Positions 1 to 10,434 are shown, counted from the first letter of the stretch. The stretch is 34,572 nucleotides of DNA from Chiloscyllium plagiosum (GCF_004010195.1 NC_057718.1:47000627-47035198); one strand, 5' to 3'. The notes: generated by a model not told the origin, from the letters alone. Numbers and translations are program-made.

Positions 1-505
1 ACAGTATGATCCCTTTCTGAGTTTTCTGCCTCATTGATACAGTTGTCTTTCTTGACTTCCCTTGTTCTAACTTTCCCTCCAATTTCCTTCTGAAACACCC
101 AGTTTGTCCCCTCACTCCCGCTACTTAGTTTAAATGTAGCTGTGTTGCAGTAGCAAACCTGCCTGCCAGAATGCTGGTCCCTAACCTATTAAAGTGCAAA
201 CTGTCTCTCTTGTAGAATTTATGCTTACCACAAAACATACCCCAGTGATCCAAGGATTTAAATCCTTGCTTCCTGCACCAGTTCCCCAGCCACACGTTCA
301 AGTCCATTATCTCCCTGTTTCTGGCCTCACCAGCGAGGAACTGGAAGCAAACCGGAGATAACCACCTTGGACGTCCTGCTTTTCAGCCTTCTTCCTAGTT
401 CTCCGAAGTCCCACTGTAGTATGTTCCTCCTCTTCTTCCCGACATCATTTGTGCCACCACCTCTGGCTCTTCACCTTCGTCCTTGAGGATTTCCTGCACT
501 CTGTC
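1..505 (-). mobile_element. CR1-type LINE ORF1 fragment (SGNH/GDSL esterase domain), decayed
   Basis: Minus strand reads GTNDVGKKRRNILQWDFGELGRRLKSRTSKVVISGLLPV, then MDLNVWLGNWCRKQGFKSLDHWGMF..RDSLHFNRLGT (ORF 125-307). These are the GTND and DxxH motifs of the CR1 ORF1 esterase. Confidence 0.85.
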
Positions 506-547
506 TGAATTTTCGATGTAATGTCACAATTAAAATGTCAACTCCAA

Positions 548-625
548 AGGTACTGTCAAATCTGCTGAGAATTTCTTGCATTTTCATTTTATTTGAGATT
601 TCCAGCATCCAGTTTCTTTTTGGTT
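548..625 (+). mobile_element. Short decayed 3' terminus of a Penelope-like element
   Basis: ctgctgagaatttcttgcattttcattttatttgagatttccagcatcc resembles the ...ctgctg..ttccagca...gatttccagcatctgcag tail of PLE copies in this window. A similar relic lies at ~8532-8600. Confidence 0.45.
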
Positions 626-1344
626 TGGAAAAGTGGATAGCTAGGATTTACTCATGAGGTCAACAACAGAGGCGAAGTGCCATGTGCATAAATTTAATGC
701 TGAAGCAGTTTTTAAGACAGAAGCAAAGCAAGAAAGGTGAGTACAGTTTTTATCTTGATGGTCTGACGTGTCTTTAGACTCATTCAGGATCTCAAAGCAT
801 CCCATTGACGGTGCAGAAGGTTAAAAATGAAATTTTTTGAAGGGGTCAGTCCCTTTCTGGATTACAAAACTCGTAGGTCAAGCATTTGCCCATATTTCAG
901 TGAGACCAGTAAGGCAGACAGCTGGGTCTCACCTGCTCACTAACACAACACAGGTCCAAGAGGAAATTTCTGGAGAGACAGCAAAGACTTTTTGATGTAC
1001 TGGTAGGCATTCCAATTGCATTGTAAACATTGTCAATATCAATCCACGATTTCCATGATTTGCAGTATTTACAATAATGTCTTCATTCTTTGAATAAGTG
1101 GCCACCCAAAATGGGCATTAAAACAGGACAGTTACATAAGTGGCTTGCAGACCTTTTGTACTCTTCTCTGCTGTATTTGGCCAGCTTAGTTTAAACATGG
1201 TTAAACAAGTTCAGCTAATTTGGAGAATTTCAGTCTGTCATAGGCATTAGTCTATGGGATTTGTTATTCTCACATGTAAGTAGTTGACAATTTCAGCATA
1301 ACCAAAATTTCTTAAGTCTGGGTTTGACTCATTACAGTTTCACT

Positions 1345-1955
1345 TTAGGTAAGAATGTAAGCTGTGAGGCAAATACGAGAAACCTGCAAAGAGATATAGA
1401 GAGGTTAAGTGAATGGACAGTAAGGTGGCAGATGGAGTATAATGTGGGTAGGTATGAGGTTATTCAGTTTGGTAATAAGAAAAGTAAAATATTTTTTAAA
1501 AGGTGTGAAATCAGAGACATACAAGAAACACAACGTTAATTTGTAGGTACAACAATCGATTGGAAAACTAATCTGCATATTAGTCTTCATTACAAAGGAT
1601 TGGAATGCAAGAACAAGGAAGCCTTGCTGCAATTGTAATGGACTTTGGTAACAGCACAACTGGAGGATTAGAGTTGAAAAATGTGGTGCTGGAAAAACAC
1701 AGCAGGCCAGGCAGCATCCGAGGAACAGGAGAGTCGACGTTTCGGGCATAAGCCCTTCTTCAGGAAGGGAAATGAGGAAGCAGGAGAAATCTACATTCAT
1801 CCCGTGTGGTTGTTTTTCCAGCACCAGTTTTTCAACTCTGGTACTCCAGCATCTGCAGTCCTCACTTTCTCCCAACTGGAGTATTATGCAGATTTTGTCT
1901 TCATATTAAAGGAGGGATGTACTTTCATTGAATGCAGTACAGAAAAAATTGTTTA
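1345..1955 (+). mobile_element. CR1/HER1 LINE ORF2 RT C-terminal fragment, interrupted at 1666-1872
   Basis: NLQRDIERLSEWTVRWQMEYNVGRYEVIQFG, then a degraded 'LVRPQLEYCVQFW'-like segment (ttggtaacagcacaactggag|tattatgcagattttg) split by an insertion. Confidence 0.85.
1666..1872. mobile_element. Non-autonomous fold-back Penelope-like element (family A), 9-bp TSD
   Basis: TSD caactggag at 1657-1665 and 1873-1881. Inverted ends gagttgaaaaatgtggtgctggaaaa / tttttccagcaccagtttttcaactc. Hammerhead core on the minus strand (ctgaagaagggcttatgcccgaaacgtc). Internal piece encodes QPHGMNVDFSCFLIS, typical of the end of a PLE ORF. Confidence 0.85.
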
Positions 1956-3519
1956 GATTGCCAGTAGATCTAGATTGTTCCATAAGGCTTCAATTGTTTG
2001 TTCAACCTGATTTGACATCCTGAGCTACTGGTGTTCTGATGAGTCTTTGAAGCTTATCTTCTACATGTGCTGGTATGGCCTGTGAGCTGCTCCTCTCTGC
2101 ATTTCCACTGAATTGTGATATCACAAAATATGATTGTCTTTATCAATCAAGAGTTTAAATTATAAAGATTGCTTATTAGTAATCAGTACTAAGTATTGAT
2201 TGGTTACGAGAAAATTATTATTAACACTTTGGACAGAACTTGGGCTCTGCAGCATCTATTTCCTTAGGGACAATATGGTCATCCAATGCTAGAAAATAAC
2301 ATTTGAGATTCTAAAGGGAAGTGTGCTGATTGTTATCTTGATAAAAAGCTTTGGACATATGAAATTAATGACGACAGAGCAGGAATATTTGACACTCTTG
2401 CTCCCTTTTCAAGCAACACAGTTCACTCTACACTAGTGTTAGCTTCATACAGCTAAATAGCTGGTCAACAGTATACAAGGCCATCAATGCTACACAAAAC
2501 AGTCATGAATGACATTAAGACTAGTTGCTGCATGATTTCTTCTGGCTGCTGGTGAAATTGTTTACATTTTGGAACTAAGTTTAAAATTGCAAAACAATTT
2601 AGTGATTTACAGGTCGTGGCCTGGTTGGTGGAGACTACTTTTCATTCATTTCAAAGCTTATATTAGAATGCTTCCAGAAATTGGTCGCAGTTGGAGGGTA
2701 GAAAGGTCAACGAGTACTGAAGGAATTTGGAAAGGCAGAGTATTTGAGAGAGAATAAAAACCAGGAGGTATGGAAACAGGAGAGGTCTCGGAGAATAAAA
2801 AGAAATTTAAAGAGGGATAGAGAAAAGTAAAAGTGATTGGCTTTGGTTCACAGATTTGAAATAACCTTCTTATGCTTTCTTGCAGCCACAATGTATCTTT
2901 CCCTTCAGAAATAAAGTCTACCTTTATGTAGCATTAGTGACTTGGAGTTTCAGCCTCCTGATGATGTGTGCAGTTGTAGCAAAGCAGCAGACAGCAAAAA
3001 CTTTAATGTGCCATTGCCAACAGAAGAATGGGCACCAGTTAATTGCTTACTGTGATCCCCACACCCATTCCAAGCGTTAGGCAACTTTCCTACCTTGGCT
3101 GTTGCAATGGAGAAAGCCAGACTGCTTGTGAAAAGATCTCTGAAAATTGTGCAAGGTTCAGAAGTGTAAGATTGCACATATTACTTGCACGGCATTACAA
3201 GATAATTGAGCAAGAACAATTCAAGTCAGGACTTGTATGTAAAATGTTTGCATAACCTATCAACTCATCGAGTTCTCCTCAGCTCAGTGCTTGCGACGTA
3301 ATAAACAGCTAGCTCTTTGCTTCCTTTGTCAATCCACCTTTCAAAATCTGTCTCACCATTCATTCTTGTAAGTTCCATTCAAACCCCTTCAATACTCAGC
3401 AAAAACATGCAACTTCTAAAAGTTATATTTGAACGTCATAAAAACAGAATCTTTTGTTTTGACAACCAATTAGTTCATGATGAACTGTACAAAAAAATTA
3501 ATTGACCCACTTTTGTTCT

Positions 3520-3619
3520 GAATCTCTTGATTAATATGTTATTACTATTATCTGGAGCATGTGCGATTCGAACACAGACCTTCTGGTAGGGACACTTTCC
3601 ACTGTGCCACAAAAGTCCC
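3520..3619 (-). mobile_element. Short tRNA-derived SINE-like head (same family as the copies at 5371-7340)
   Basis: Reverse complement gggacttttgtggcacagtggaaagtgtccctacc...tgttcgaatcgcac.tgctccag has A-box and B-box-like motifs. Confidence 0.6.
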
Positions 3620-3631
3620 ATGTTTTCCCAT

Positions 3632-3847
3632 TTAATTCATTGATGGGATATGGGTATCGCTGACCAGGCCATCATTTATTGCCCATCCCTAACTGTTCAG
3701 AGCGGTTAAGAGGTAAGTACATTTCTGTGTGCTTGACATCACATGTAGGCCAGACCAGGTAAGGACAGCAGATTTCATTCGCTAAAGGTCATCAGTAAAC
3801 CAGATTGTCATAAAAACCAATCAACAATTACTTCATGGTCATTGTTA
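3632..3847 (-). mobile_element. tRNA-derived SINE with LINE-derived tail, 3' half (split by the 3848-5160 insertion)
   Basis: catttattgcccatccctaa...cacatgtaggccagaccaggtaagga is collinear with the intact copy at 29649-29958 and continues at 5161 after a 17-bp TSD. Confidence 0.8.
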
Positions 3848-4377
3848 AAATTCACACAACACCAGGTTATAGTCCAACAGGTTTAATTGGAAGCACACTA
3901 GCTTTCGCAGCGACGCTCCTTCATCAGGTGATAGTGGAGGGCTCGATCGTAACACAGAATTTATTGCAAAAATTTACAGTGTGATGTAACTGAAATTATA
4001 CATTGAAAAATTGAATGTCTGTTAAGCCTTTCATCTGTTAGAATACAATGATAGTTTCACTTCTTTCATGTGTAAATCACAAAACCTTTTTTTTAAAGTT
4101 GCATTCTCTGGTTAGCTGTTAACAATGGTGATAGCTAGACAATATGTTAAAGGTGTTAGCCCCCTGTGTTCTCTGTCTATGCCATGATGTTTAGATTGAT
4201 TCTAATCTAAAAAATGAGATAACAGAGTTTTACATAAATGCGTGCAGTTTTTGAGCAAAGTACAATGCAACCCTGAAAGTACAAATTCACCCCACAAAAT
4301 ATATGTGTGCATGTGGGTCTTTGCCTGTCTGTCTGGGTTGGAGGTTGTGAGTGTGAGAAAGTGTATGTGTGTGTGTG

Positions 4378-4452
4378 TTTATGCCCAAAACGTCGATTCT
4401 CCTGTTCCCTGGATGCTGCCTGACCTGCTGCGCTTTTCCAGCAACACATTTC
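4378..4452 (+). mobile_element. Fragment of family-A PLE terminal repeat nested in the family-B insertion
   Basis: ttatgcccaaaacgtcgattctcctgttccctggatgctgcctgacctgctgcgcttttccagcaacacattt matches the right arms at ~22655-22690 and ~27950-28020. Confidence 0.8.
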
Positions 4453-4455
4453 CAG

Positions 4456-4807
4456 TATTAATCCAAGAGAACCTGGTAATGCCTTGGGGCTCTGGGTTGG
4501 AATCCCACCATAATAGATGGTAGAGTTTGAATTTCAATAAAAATCTGGAAATAGGTTCGGCGATGGCCATGACACTATTGCTGATTATTGGGGGGGGAAA
4601 AAAAAGGGAGGAAACAAAAATAAAATTTATTAAAAAAAACAAAATCGCACTGGCTCACTAATGAAAGAAACTGCCGTCCTTATCTGATCTGGACTACATG
4701 CGACTGCAGTAATGCGGTTGACTCTTAACTGTTCTCTGGGCAACTAAGGATGAGTAATAAATAATGGCCTAGACAGTGACACCCTTATCTAATGGATGAA
4801 TAGAAAG
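4456..4807 (+). mobile_element. Diverged tRNA-derived SINE (family of 29649-29958) inside the PLE insertion
   Basis: attaatccaagaga...gggttggaatcccaccat..agatggtagagtttgaatttcaataaaaatctggaa...ggttgactcttaactg..gggcaactaaggatg is the reverse complement of the 29649-29958 pattern. Confidence 0.8.
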
Positions 4808-5034
4808 TAAGGCAGAAAGGAGGGAGATTCAACCAACAGATACAAGAAAGAAATAGATATGTTTCTTTTTAAAAAAAGGGTTTTGTGATTTACACATGAA
4901 AGAAGTGAAGCTATCACTGTATTCTAACAGATGAAAGGCTTAACAGACAATCAATTTTTCAATGTATAATTTCAGTTACATCACACTGCAAATTTTTGCT
5001 ATAAATTCTGTGTTACGATCGAGCCCTCCACTAT

Positions 5035-5069
5035 CACCTGATGAAGGAGCGTCGCTCCGAAAGCTAGTG
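5035..5069 (+). ncRNA. Minimal type-I hammerhead ribozyme motif (PLE family B)
   Basis: cac-CTGATGA-a-ggagc-gtc-gctcc-GAAA-gc-TA-gtg: core boxes, 5-bp helix II, 3-bp helix I (cac/gtg) and palindromic AGCT at helix III. An antisense copy at ~3897-3929 has one helix II mismatch. Confidence 0.75.
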
Positions 5070-5160
5070 CTTCCAATTAAACCTGTTGGACTATAACCTG
5101 GTGTTTTGTGATTTTTAACTTTGTACACCCCAGTTCAACACCGGCATCTCCAAATCGTGT

Positions 5161-5305
5161 CTTCATGGTCATTGTTAGAGCAGAGTTCCTTATTGAGTTC
5201 AAATTCTATCATCTGACATGGCAGGATTTGGACCCCAGTCTCTAGAACATTATCTCAGTCTCTGGATTAATAGTGCAATAATAATATTACTAGGTCATTG
5301 CTTCC
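5161..5305 (-). mobile_element. 5' half (tRNA head) of the SINE split by the 3848-5160 insertion
   Basis: ttattgagttcaaattctatcatctgacatggcaggatttggacccc...tactaggtcattgcttcc is collinear with ~29810-29958. Confidence 0.8.
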
Positions 5306-5370
5306 TTTTACTGAGGGCACTGTTTCATTAATGTTCAGAATCCAATTACAGTAACAATCAGTATCCTAGA

Positions 5371-5482
5371 TATTTTAATCAACCTATTCAGACATGCTAT
5401 GATATATCTTTGGGGCAAGTGGGTCCTGAACCCAGATCTTCTGATCTAGAGGTGGGAATACTACCACTGCACCACAAGTGCC
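5371..5482 (-). mobile_element. Short (~110 bp) tRNA-derived SINE-like element
   Basis: Reverse complement ggcacttgtggtgcagtggtagtattcccacctctagatcagaagatctgggttcaggacccacttgc; A box tggtgcagtgg, B-box-like ggttcaggacc. Confidence 0.7.
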
Positions 5483-6842
5483 TAAGTTCTCCTTTTCTTT
5501 AGAGCCATGAGTATTATCACACAGAACAGAACAGCTTTGCTCTCACAAGCAAATCACCCATGGTATTTTTCATCTATTAACTACTACCCTGAAATTACCC
5601 ATGTTACAATTGATTAATTCATATGCAAAGTCCATTAAAGGCAATGCAATAATATCAAAGTTGAGGGAAAGGATTAAATCAAAATGGCGTTGGAGGGGGA
5701 GATAAAGCACTTCACCCCCTGCTATGCTCAATTATCCAGAAAAGCATCGAGAGTATCGATTGATGCGTTGTGCTCTCTCTCCAATGATTGTCAGGCATGG
5801 CAAATAGCTACAGAGGAGAGGCAGACAATAGGCAATTTTGAGCATTTTCTCTGCCCATTGCCTGGATCTGTTAAATGCCAACTTGGCAAGTCCCAGGAGC
5901 TAACACACGAGGAGGTCCACTGACTTGTCCATACCCCTCTGCACTGGATGTCCAAAGATCACAAGCATAGTAACTGAAGTACAAACAAAAACACAACAGA
6001 TTTTCAAAAAACTAAAAGTGGGGGTCCAACTGCCTACAACCAATATACACAAGATCCGTAGATGTCACAGCACCACAAAATAAACAGTTGGGCTGGGAGT
6101 CTGTGAGCCATTAAATCTGTCTTCTAATTTTATTTTTTTTCTCCTATCCAGAAGTGCTGTCATACAACCAAGCAGCTTTTTCCACTGCCAAATCACCTAT
6201 GACAGTTTTCATGTTCTAATCAGCACTACAAAGTCACCCATATTTCCAATTGTTCAATTTACGTGCAGAACTCATTAAGGGCAATGCAATATTACTAAAG
6301 GGGAGGGTATGTTAGGAGAAATGGAAAGAGCCAAATCAAATTGGAGTTTAAAGGAGAGTTCTCATTTCATTTATTTTTAATGTTTTTTAGATCCAGGAGT
6401 GCTCTTACACACAACTAAATGTTTTTCTTTCCATCACCAAATCATCCATGGTATTTTTACATGTATTAGCCACCTCCAGTAAATCACCCATGTTTTCCAA
6501 ATTATTAAATTTACGTGCAAAGCCAATTAAGGGCAATGCAGACCATCAAAGATGAGAAAGAGGTAGGGAGAGAGAGAGAGAGAGAATGGTCTAAATCAAA
6601 ATGGAGTTGGAAAGAGTGTTCTCATTTTTATCCAGCAATGCTCTTACACACAATTGTACATTTTTACCATCCTATCACCAAATCTGTAGCATTTTTAAGC
6701 ACCACCAGGAAATCGTCGGTATTTTCTGATTGACTAATTTACATGCAAAACCCATGAAAGGCAATGTAGACCAAAGGCGAGGGGGAGAAAGCTAAGTCAA
6801 AATGGACTTGGAAAGAACGTTCTCATTTTATTTCATTTCATA

Positions 6843-6919
6843 CTTCTGGAGCAGGTGGGACCAAGAGCTCATGCCTCCTGATTTAGGAGTAGGGATACTA
6901 CCACTGTAGCACAAGAGCC
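6843..6919 (-). mobile_element. Short tRNA-derived SINE-like element
   Basis: ctggagcaggtggga...agggatactaccactgtagcacaagagcc, homologous to 5411-5482. Confidence 0.7.
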
Positions 6920-7070
6920 TTCCAGAGCTCTCATTTTTTCTCTTACATCTAGAAGTGCCTTACACACAATTGAATGTTTCTCCCACCCCTCCGCCGCCGC
7001 CGTCGCCGCCATCATCAAATCACCCATGATTTTTGTTTTCATCAATGAGCCACCAAGTTCTCATTTGAAG

Positions 7071-7183
7071 TATTTTGAATCAACTTGCTTAGATATGTTG
7101 TGAGACAATTCTGGATGGGTAGGACTTGAACCTGGGTCTTCTGATCCAGAGGCAGGTACTCTACCATTGTGCCTCAAGCAGCC
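7071..7183 (-). mobile_element. Short tRNA-derived SINE-like element
   Basis: tattttgaatcaacttgcttagatatgtt...ggacttgaacctggg (B box ggttcaagtcc on the minus strand)...ctaccattgtgcctcaag. Confidence 0.7.
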
Positions 7184-7225
7184 TGCCATCTCATTTTTTT
7201 TTCATACAAGTCCCCATTTTACATA

Positions 7226-7340
7226 GTTTCTGAATCAATCTACTCAGAGATATTATGATACACTCTGGAGCAGGTGGGACATCAACACTGGGTCTCTTGG
7301 CCCAGGATTAGTGTCACTACCACTGTGCCACAAGTGCCCC
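7226..7340 (-). mobile_element. Short tRNA-derived SINE-like element
   Basis: tttctgaatcaatctactcagagatattatgatacactctggagcaggtgggac...cactaccactgtgccacaagtgccc. Confidence 0.7.
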
Positions 7341-9229
7341 AAGTTATCATTTTACTTTATATCTGGAAGTGTTATCACACAACTGAATGACTTTCCCACC
7401 ACCAAATAACTATAACTTTTTTCCGTTTTTAGCTAGTAAACACCACCAATAATCACCCACATAGCCAATTAGATATTTACAAGCAAAGTCCATTATGGGC
7501 AATGTGAACCATCAAAAATGAAGGAGGGAGGTAGGAGATTAGGAAGGGGCCAAGTTCTCATTTTATCCAGTGAATGAAAAGTATTCTGAGCTGTGGCTGC
7601 TAAATGGTCAAGTTCTAATTTTAAGTTTACGCCATGTCATTCTGAAACTCCCTACTACAGGACATAAGCAATCAAATGCTGATGTATTGAATGCCTTTAT
7701 TATTTCAGATACCTCAGGCTAAATTTTGTTGTGGAGGCATGAAACAGAAGCCGGTCTGCTTTGGGTTTGGAACCATACTCTTGCATTATTTCTCACAACA
7801 ATGTGCAATGCAGTATACCTTAAGGAACTTGCTCAAGATGTCACCACCGTTTCATGGCATGTGAATTCATGGTATGAATATATCACTGTCCATCTTGCTG
7901 AGTCTTTTTGCAGCATGACAAACAGGGAAATGTGTCACAGTTTACATTTGAATTGCTTACCTTGAACACAGACACACTAGTGCCTATGATTGCAATACAG
8001 GTATAAGTAGATACTAGAATCTGTAATAAAGTTATATTGAATTATTCACTGCTACATTACCCATGTCTTGATCTTATGTTAAAGGACGTTGCCATTCATC
8101 AAGTATGAATGCCCTGCTGTTAGTAGATTGTGAGAGCAGAACAGTTCTGGGTTAACAGCAATGGCCATTTATAAAGAAATGACCCTAGATAGAACACCTT
8201 ATCGTATTATTTACTTCCAGTGGGAAATAGATTAAAGTTCAGATTTTGGCAGGAGAAAGCCCCTAATTGAAGTGCAAGGACACAGTGACTTGGATAGTCA
8301 CTGGAAGAACACAAAACCTAATGCAGCAAGGTGTGAAGTCTGCAATGATGACAGTACAGATGTATGTGATTCCTGCCTTCAGAACCTTCTGGAGATGTAG
8401 GCGGACTTGGCTGCTTGCTAGAGAACCAGTGAGACTCTCCCCTCTTTTGGGAATGTATGCCACATCCTGTGCCACTGAAAAATAATGGACCTTCCCACAC
8501 ATACTCAACTCAAAATATTAACTCCAGTTCTCTCATGAGTTTTGCCAGCACTTCTTGTTTTAATTTCAGATTTCCTGAATCTGTATTTTGATTTTATTAT
8601 CCCAGGAGATACCTGCATCAAGTTTGCAAGGTTAGCAAATGGCCATGTCCCTAATTGCAGCTGAGCACTTATAATACATGGAGGTATACAAATCTTTCAT
8701 ATACATTGACCGATGAGGGTAGGCTTGCGATAGACAGTAGTGAAGAACCTTTAAGTGGATTTCTCACATAACATGTCAAGACAAGGGAGCATGTTAAGAT
8801 TGCTACATCTCAAAAGTGAATTTGAGCATGACGTGAAGTACATTAAGTTATTTAAGGAAATCTTCACAAATGACTGCAGCTTCAAAACATACCAGCTAAG
8901 CATTGGAAATATGTATGTGTGCAAGTTTGAGGCTCATTCCATCAAAACAAGTTGTAGAAAACAAGGACTGGACATGAGTGAATCTTATGGATAACCTAAT
9001 TGGACATACATAGTGCTATTAAAACTGAACTTGACTCTGTGAGCTTTTAAGTTCCTAAGTTCAATGAATATTCAGATTCAGAAAATGATGGTCCACATAC
9101 ATTCCATGACAGAGTGATGCAGTGCACATATTGATAGCTTACTTTAATGGTACCGTAGGCCACGATGGACTGGGTGTCATGAATCTCATTTGACAAAACA
9201 TTTTAACTGAAAATGGGAACATTTTTCCC

Positions 9230-9572
9230 AAAGTCTTGTTTGCAACATCCTTGCCCCACAGGTACATGGTGATAACAGACCCACCACAGAGCATATCTTT
9301 GGGAATGCTGTAACTATCCATTCAATTCATGCGGCTTAGCCAATGGAGTTGCTGCTGACACAAGAATACAAGCATGCTGGTAATCCATGCGTTGTGCTTC
9401 TGTATTTGCCATGCCGTTTTGCCAGAAGTTGCTCAATGTTTGTCTGAAGCAGCAGAGTCAAAGCTGTTCAGCCCCTTTTTTTGACTTTCAAAAGTTGTCC
9501 AAGTCTCACTAATGTAAAGGAGGATGTTGACAACATATGTCTGGTACACACAGACTTGTATTTTGTGTTATT
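9230..9572 (-). mobile_element. RTE-clade LINE, post-RT region, decayed
   Basis: With frameshifts, the minus strand reads ..VYQTYVVNILLYISETWTT..LNSF....LCQQQLHWLSRMN*MDSYSIPKDMLCG, matching the RTE pattern VYQACVLSTLLYGSEAW..RLRWLGHV.RM.D.RIPKD.LYG. Confidence 0.7.
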
Positions 9573-9991
9573 CTGGAGAAGGTGGTAATGAGCTGCCTGC
9601 AGTCCATTCAATATTGGTATACTCAGTGTCATTAGGGAGGGAGTTCCATAGTTTTGATCTGGGCAGCTAAAAAACAACAATGTAGTTCCAAGTCAGGATA
9701 ATATGTGGGAAGAGAATTCACAGATGGTGGCATTCCCAGGCATCTGCCAGGCTCGTTCATTCTAGGCATAGGGATTATGGATTTAGAAGGTGCCGTAAAA
9801 GAAGCAGTAGATAATTGTAGCAATCCATCTTGCGCATGGCACATATGCAGTGACAGTGCATTAATAGAGTAGGGAATGAATGATTTGAGTGGAGGATAGG
9901 AGAAAATCAAATGAACTAATTTGTCTTGGACGATGTTGAACTTCTTGAGTATTGTTGGAACTGCACTCACCCAGGTGAGTGGACAGTGTTC
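9573..9991 (-). mobile_element. 3' end of a second CR1/L2-group LINE family
   Basis: EHCPLTWVSAVPTILKKFNIVQDKLVHLI (ORF 9632-10042), ending in a ggaactccctccctaa...gcagctcattaccaccttctc tail. Homologous to 30955-31410 and 25957-26050. Confidence 0.75.
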
Positions 9992-10307
9992 GATTAGATT
10001 ATTTACAGTGTGGAAACAGGCCCTTCGGCCCAACAAGTCCACACCGACCTGCCGAAGCGTAACCCACCCAGACCCATTCTCCTACATTTACCCCTTCACC
10101 TAACACTACGGGCAATTTAGCATGGTCAGTTCACCTAACCTGCACATTTTTGGATTGTGGGAGGAAACCAGAGCACCCGGAGGAAACCCACGCAGACACG
10201 GGGAGAATGTGCAAACTCCAAACAGAGAGTCGCCTGAGGCGGGAATTGAACCCGGGTCTCTGGCGCTGTGAGGCAGCAGTGCTAACCACTGTGCCACCAT
10301 GCCGCCC
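9992..10307 (-). mobile_element. HE1-like V-SINE, full length, young
   Basis: Reverse complement gggcggcatggtggcacagtggttagcactgctgcctcacagcgccagagacccgggttcaattccc (A/B boxes), V-domain ggagtttgcacattctccccgtgtctgcgtgggtttcctcc, HER1-like tail gggcctgtttccacactgt. Confidence 0.92.
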
Positions 10308-10434
10308 AAACTTCTGAATTGTGTGGGAACAGTTTAGATGCCATTTGTGTCACCTACATTTAAGTGTTGTGCTTGACTTTATAATATCAGAAATAGATGC
10401 AGCAGTAGGCATCAGCTCTGTTAACTTACTCCAT

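Larger units (their letters stand above)
3848..5160. mobile_element. Composite Penelope-like insertion (family B) with ~250-bp inverted arms and 17-bp TSD
   Basis: TSD cttcatggtcattgtta at 3831-3847 and 5161-5177. 3844-4097 is the near-identical reverse complement of 4866-5119, and each arm holds a hammerhead core. The right arm has a 41-nt extra tail. Confidence 0.85.
5371..7572. repeat. Degenerate tandem array: six ~200-260 bp units interleaved with four tRNA-like SINE heads
   Basis: Units at ~5485-5700, 6121-6358, 6359-6618, 6619-6819, 6929-7057 (truncated) and 7343-7572 share ttctcattt..atccagaagtg..cacacaa..caaatcacccatg..aatttacrtgcaaa..ccattaagggcaatgca..aaatcaaaatggagttgga. Confidence 0.85.

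Noticed and set aside
731..742. Consensus donors AAG|gtgagt (736) and CAG|gtgagt (29368)
   Set aside because: No convincing upstream acceptor or recognisable coding frame; such motifs are expected by chance in 35 kb.
1405..1875. Longest ORF in the track (156 aa, minus)
   Set aside because: Chance read-through of a PLE palindrome and antisense CR1; not a gene.
2030..2060. ctgatgagtctttgaagctta as a hammerhead
   Set aside because: No GAAA box after a proper helix II and no PLE context.
6991..7012. (CCG)n tract; also (GA)n at ~6568-6585 and (GT)n at ~4361-4378
   Set aside because: Short microsatellites within repeats; not a CpG island.
5485..7572. CRISPR-like or coding repeat interpretation of the array
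   Set aside because: Eukaryotic context, long degenerate units, no short identical repeats with unique spacers, and no ORF shared across units.
7726..7965. 79-aa ORF near an acceptor-like tttattatttcag
   Set aside because: No recognisable domain, non-ATG start and no supporting donor.
10235..10307. tRNA-like A/B boxes
   Set aside because: SINE head that continues into the V-domain; no complete cloverleaf, so no tRNA gene is called here or at the other heads.
10106..10309. ORF MGGMVAQWLALLPHSARDPGSIP (also 13061-13300)
   Set aside because: Translation of the HE1-like SINE, a common source of spurious predicted proteins.
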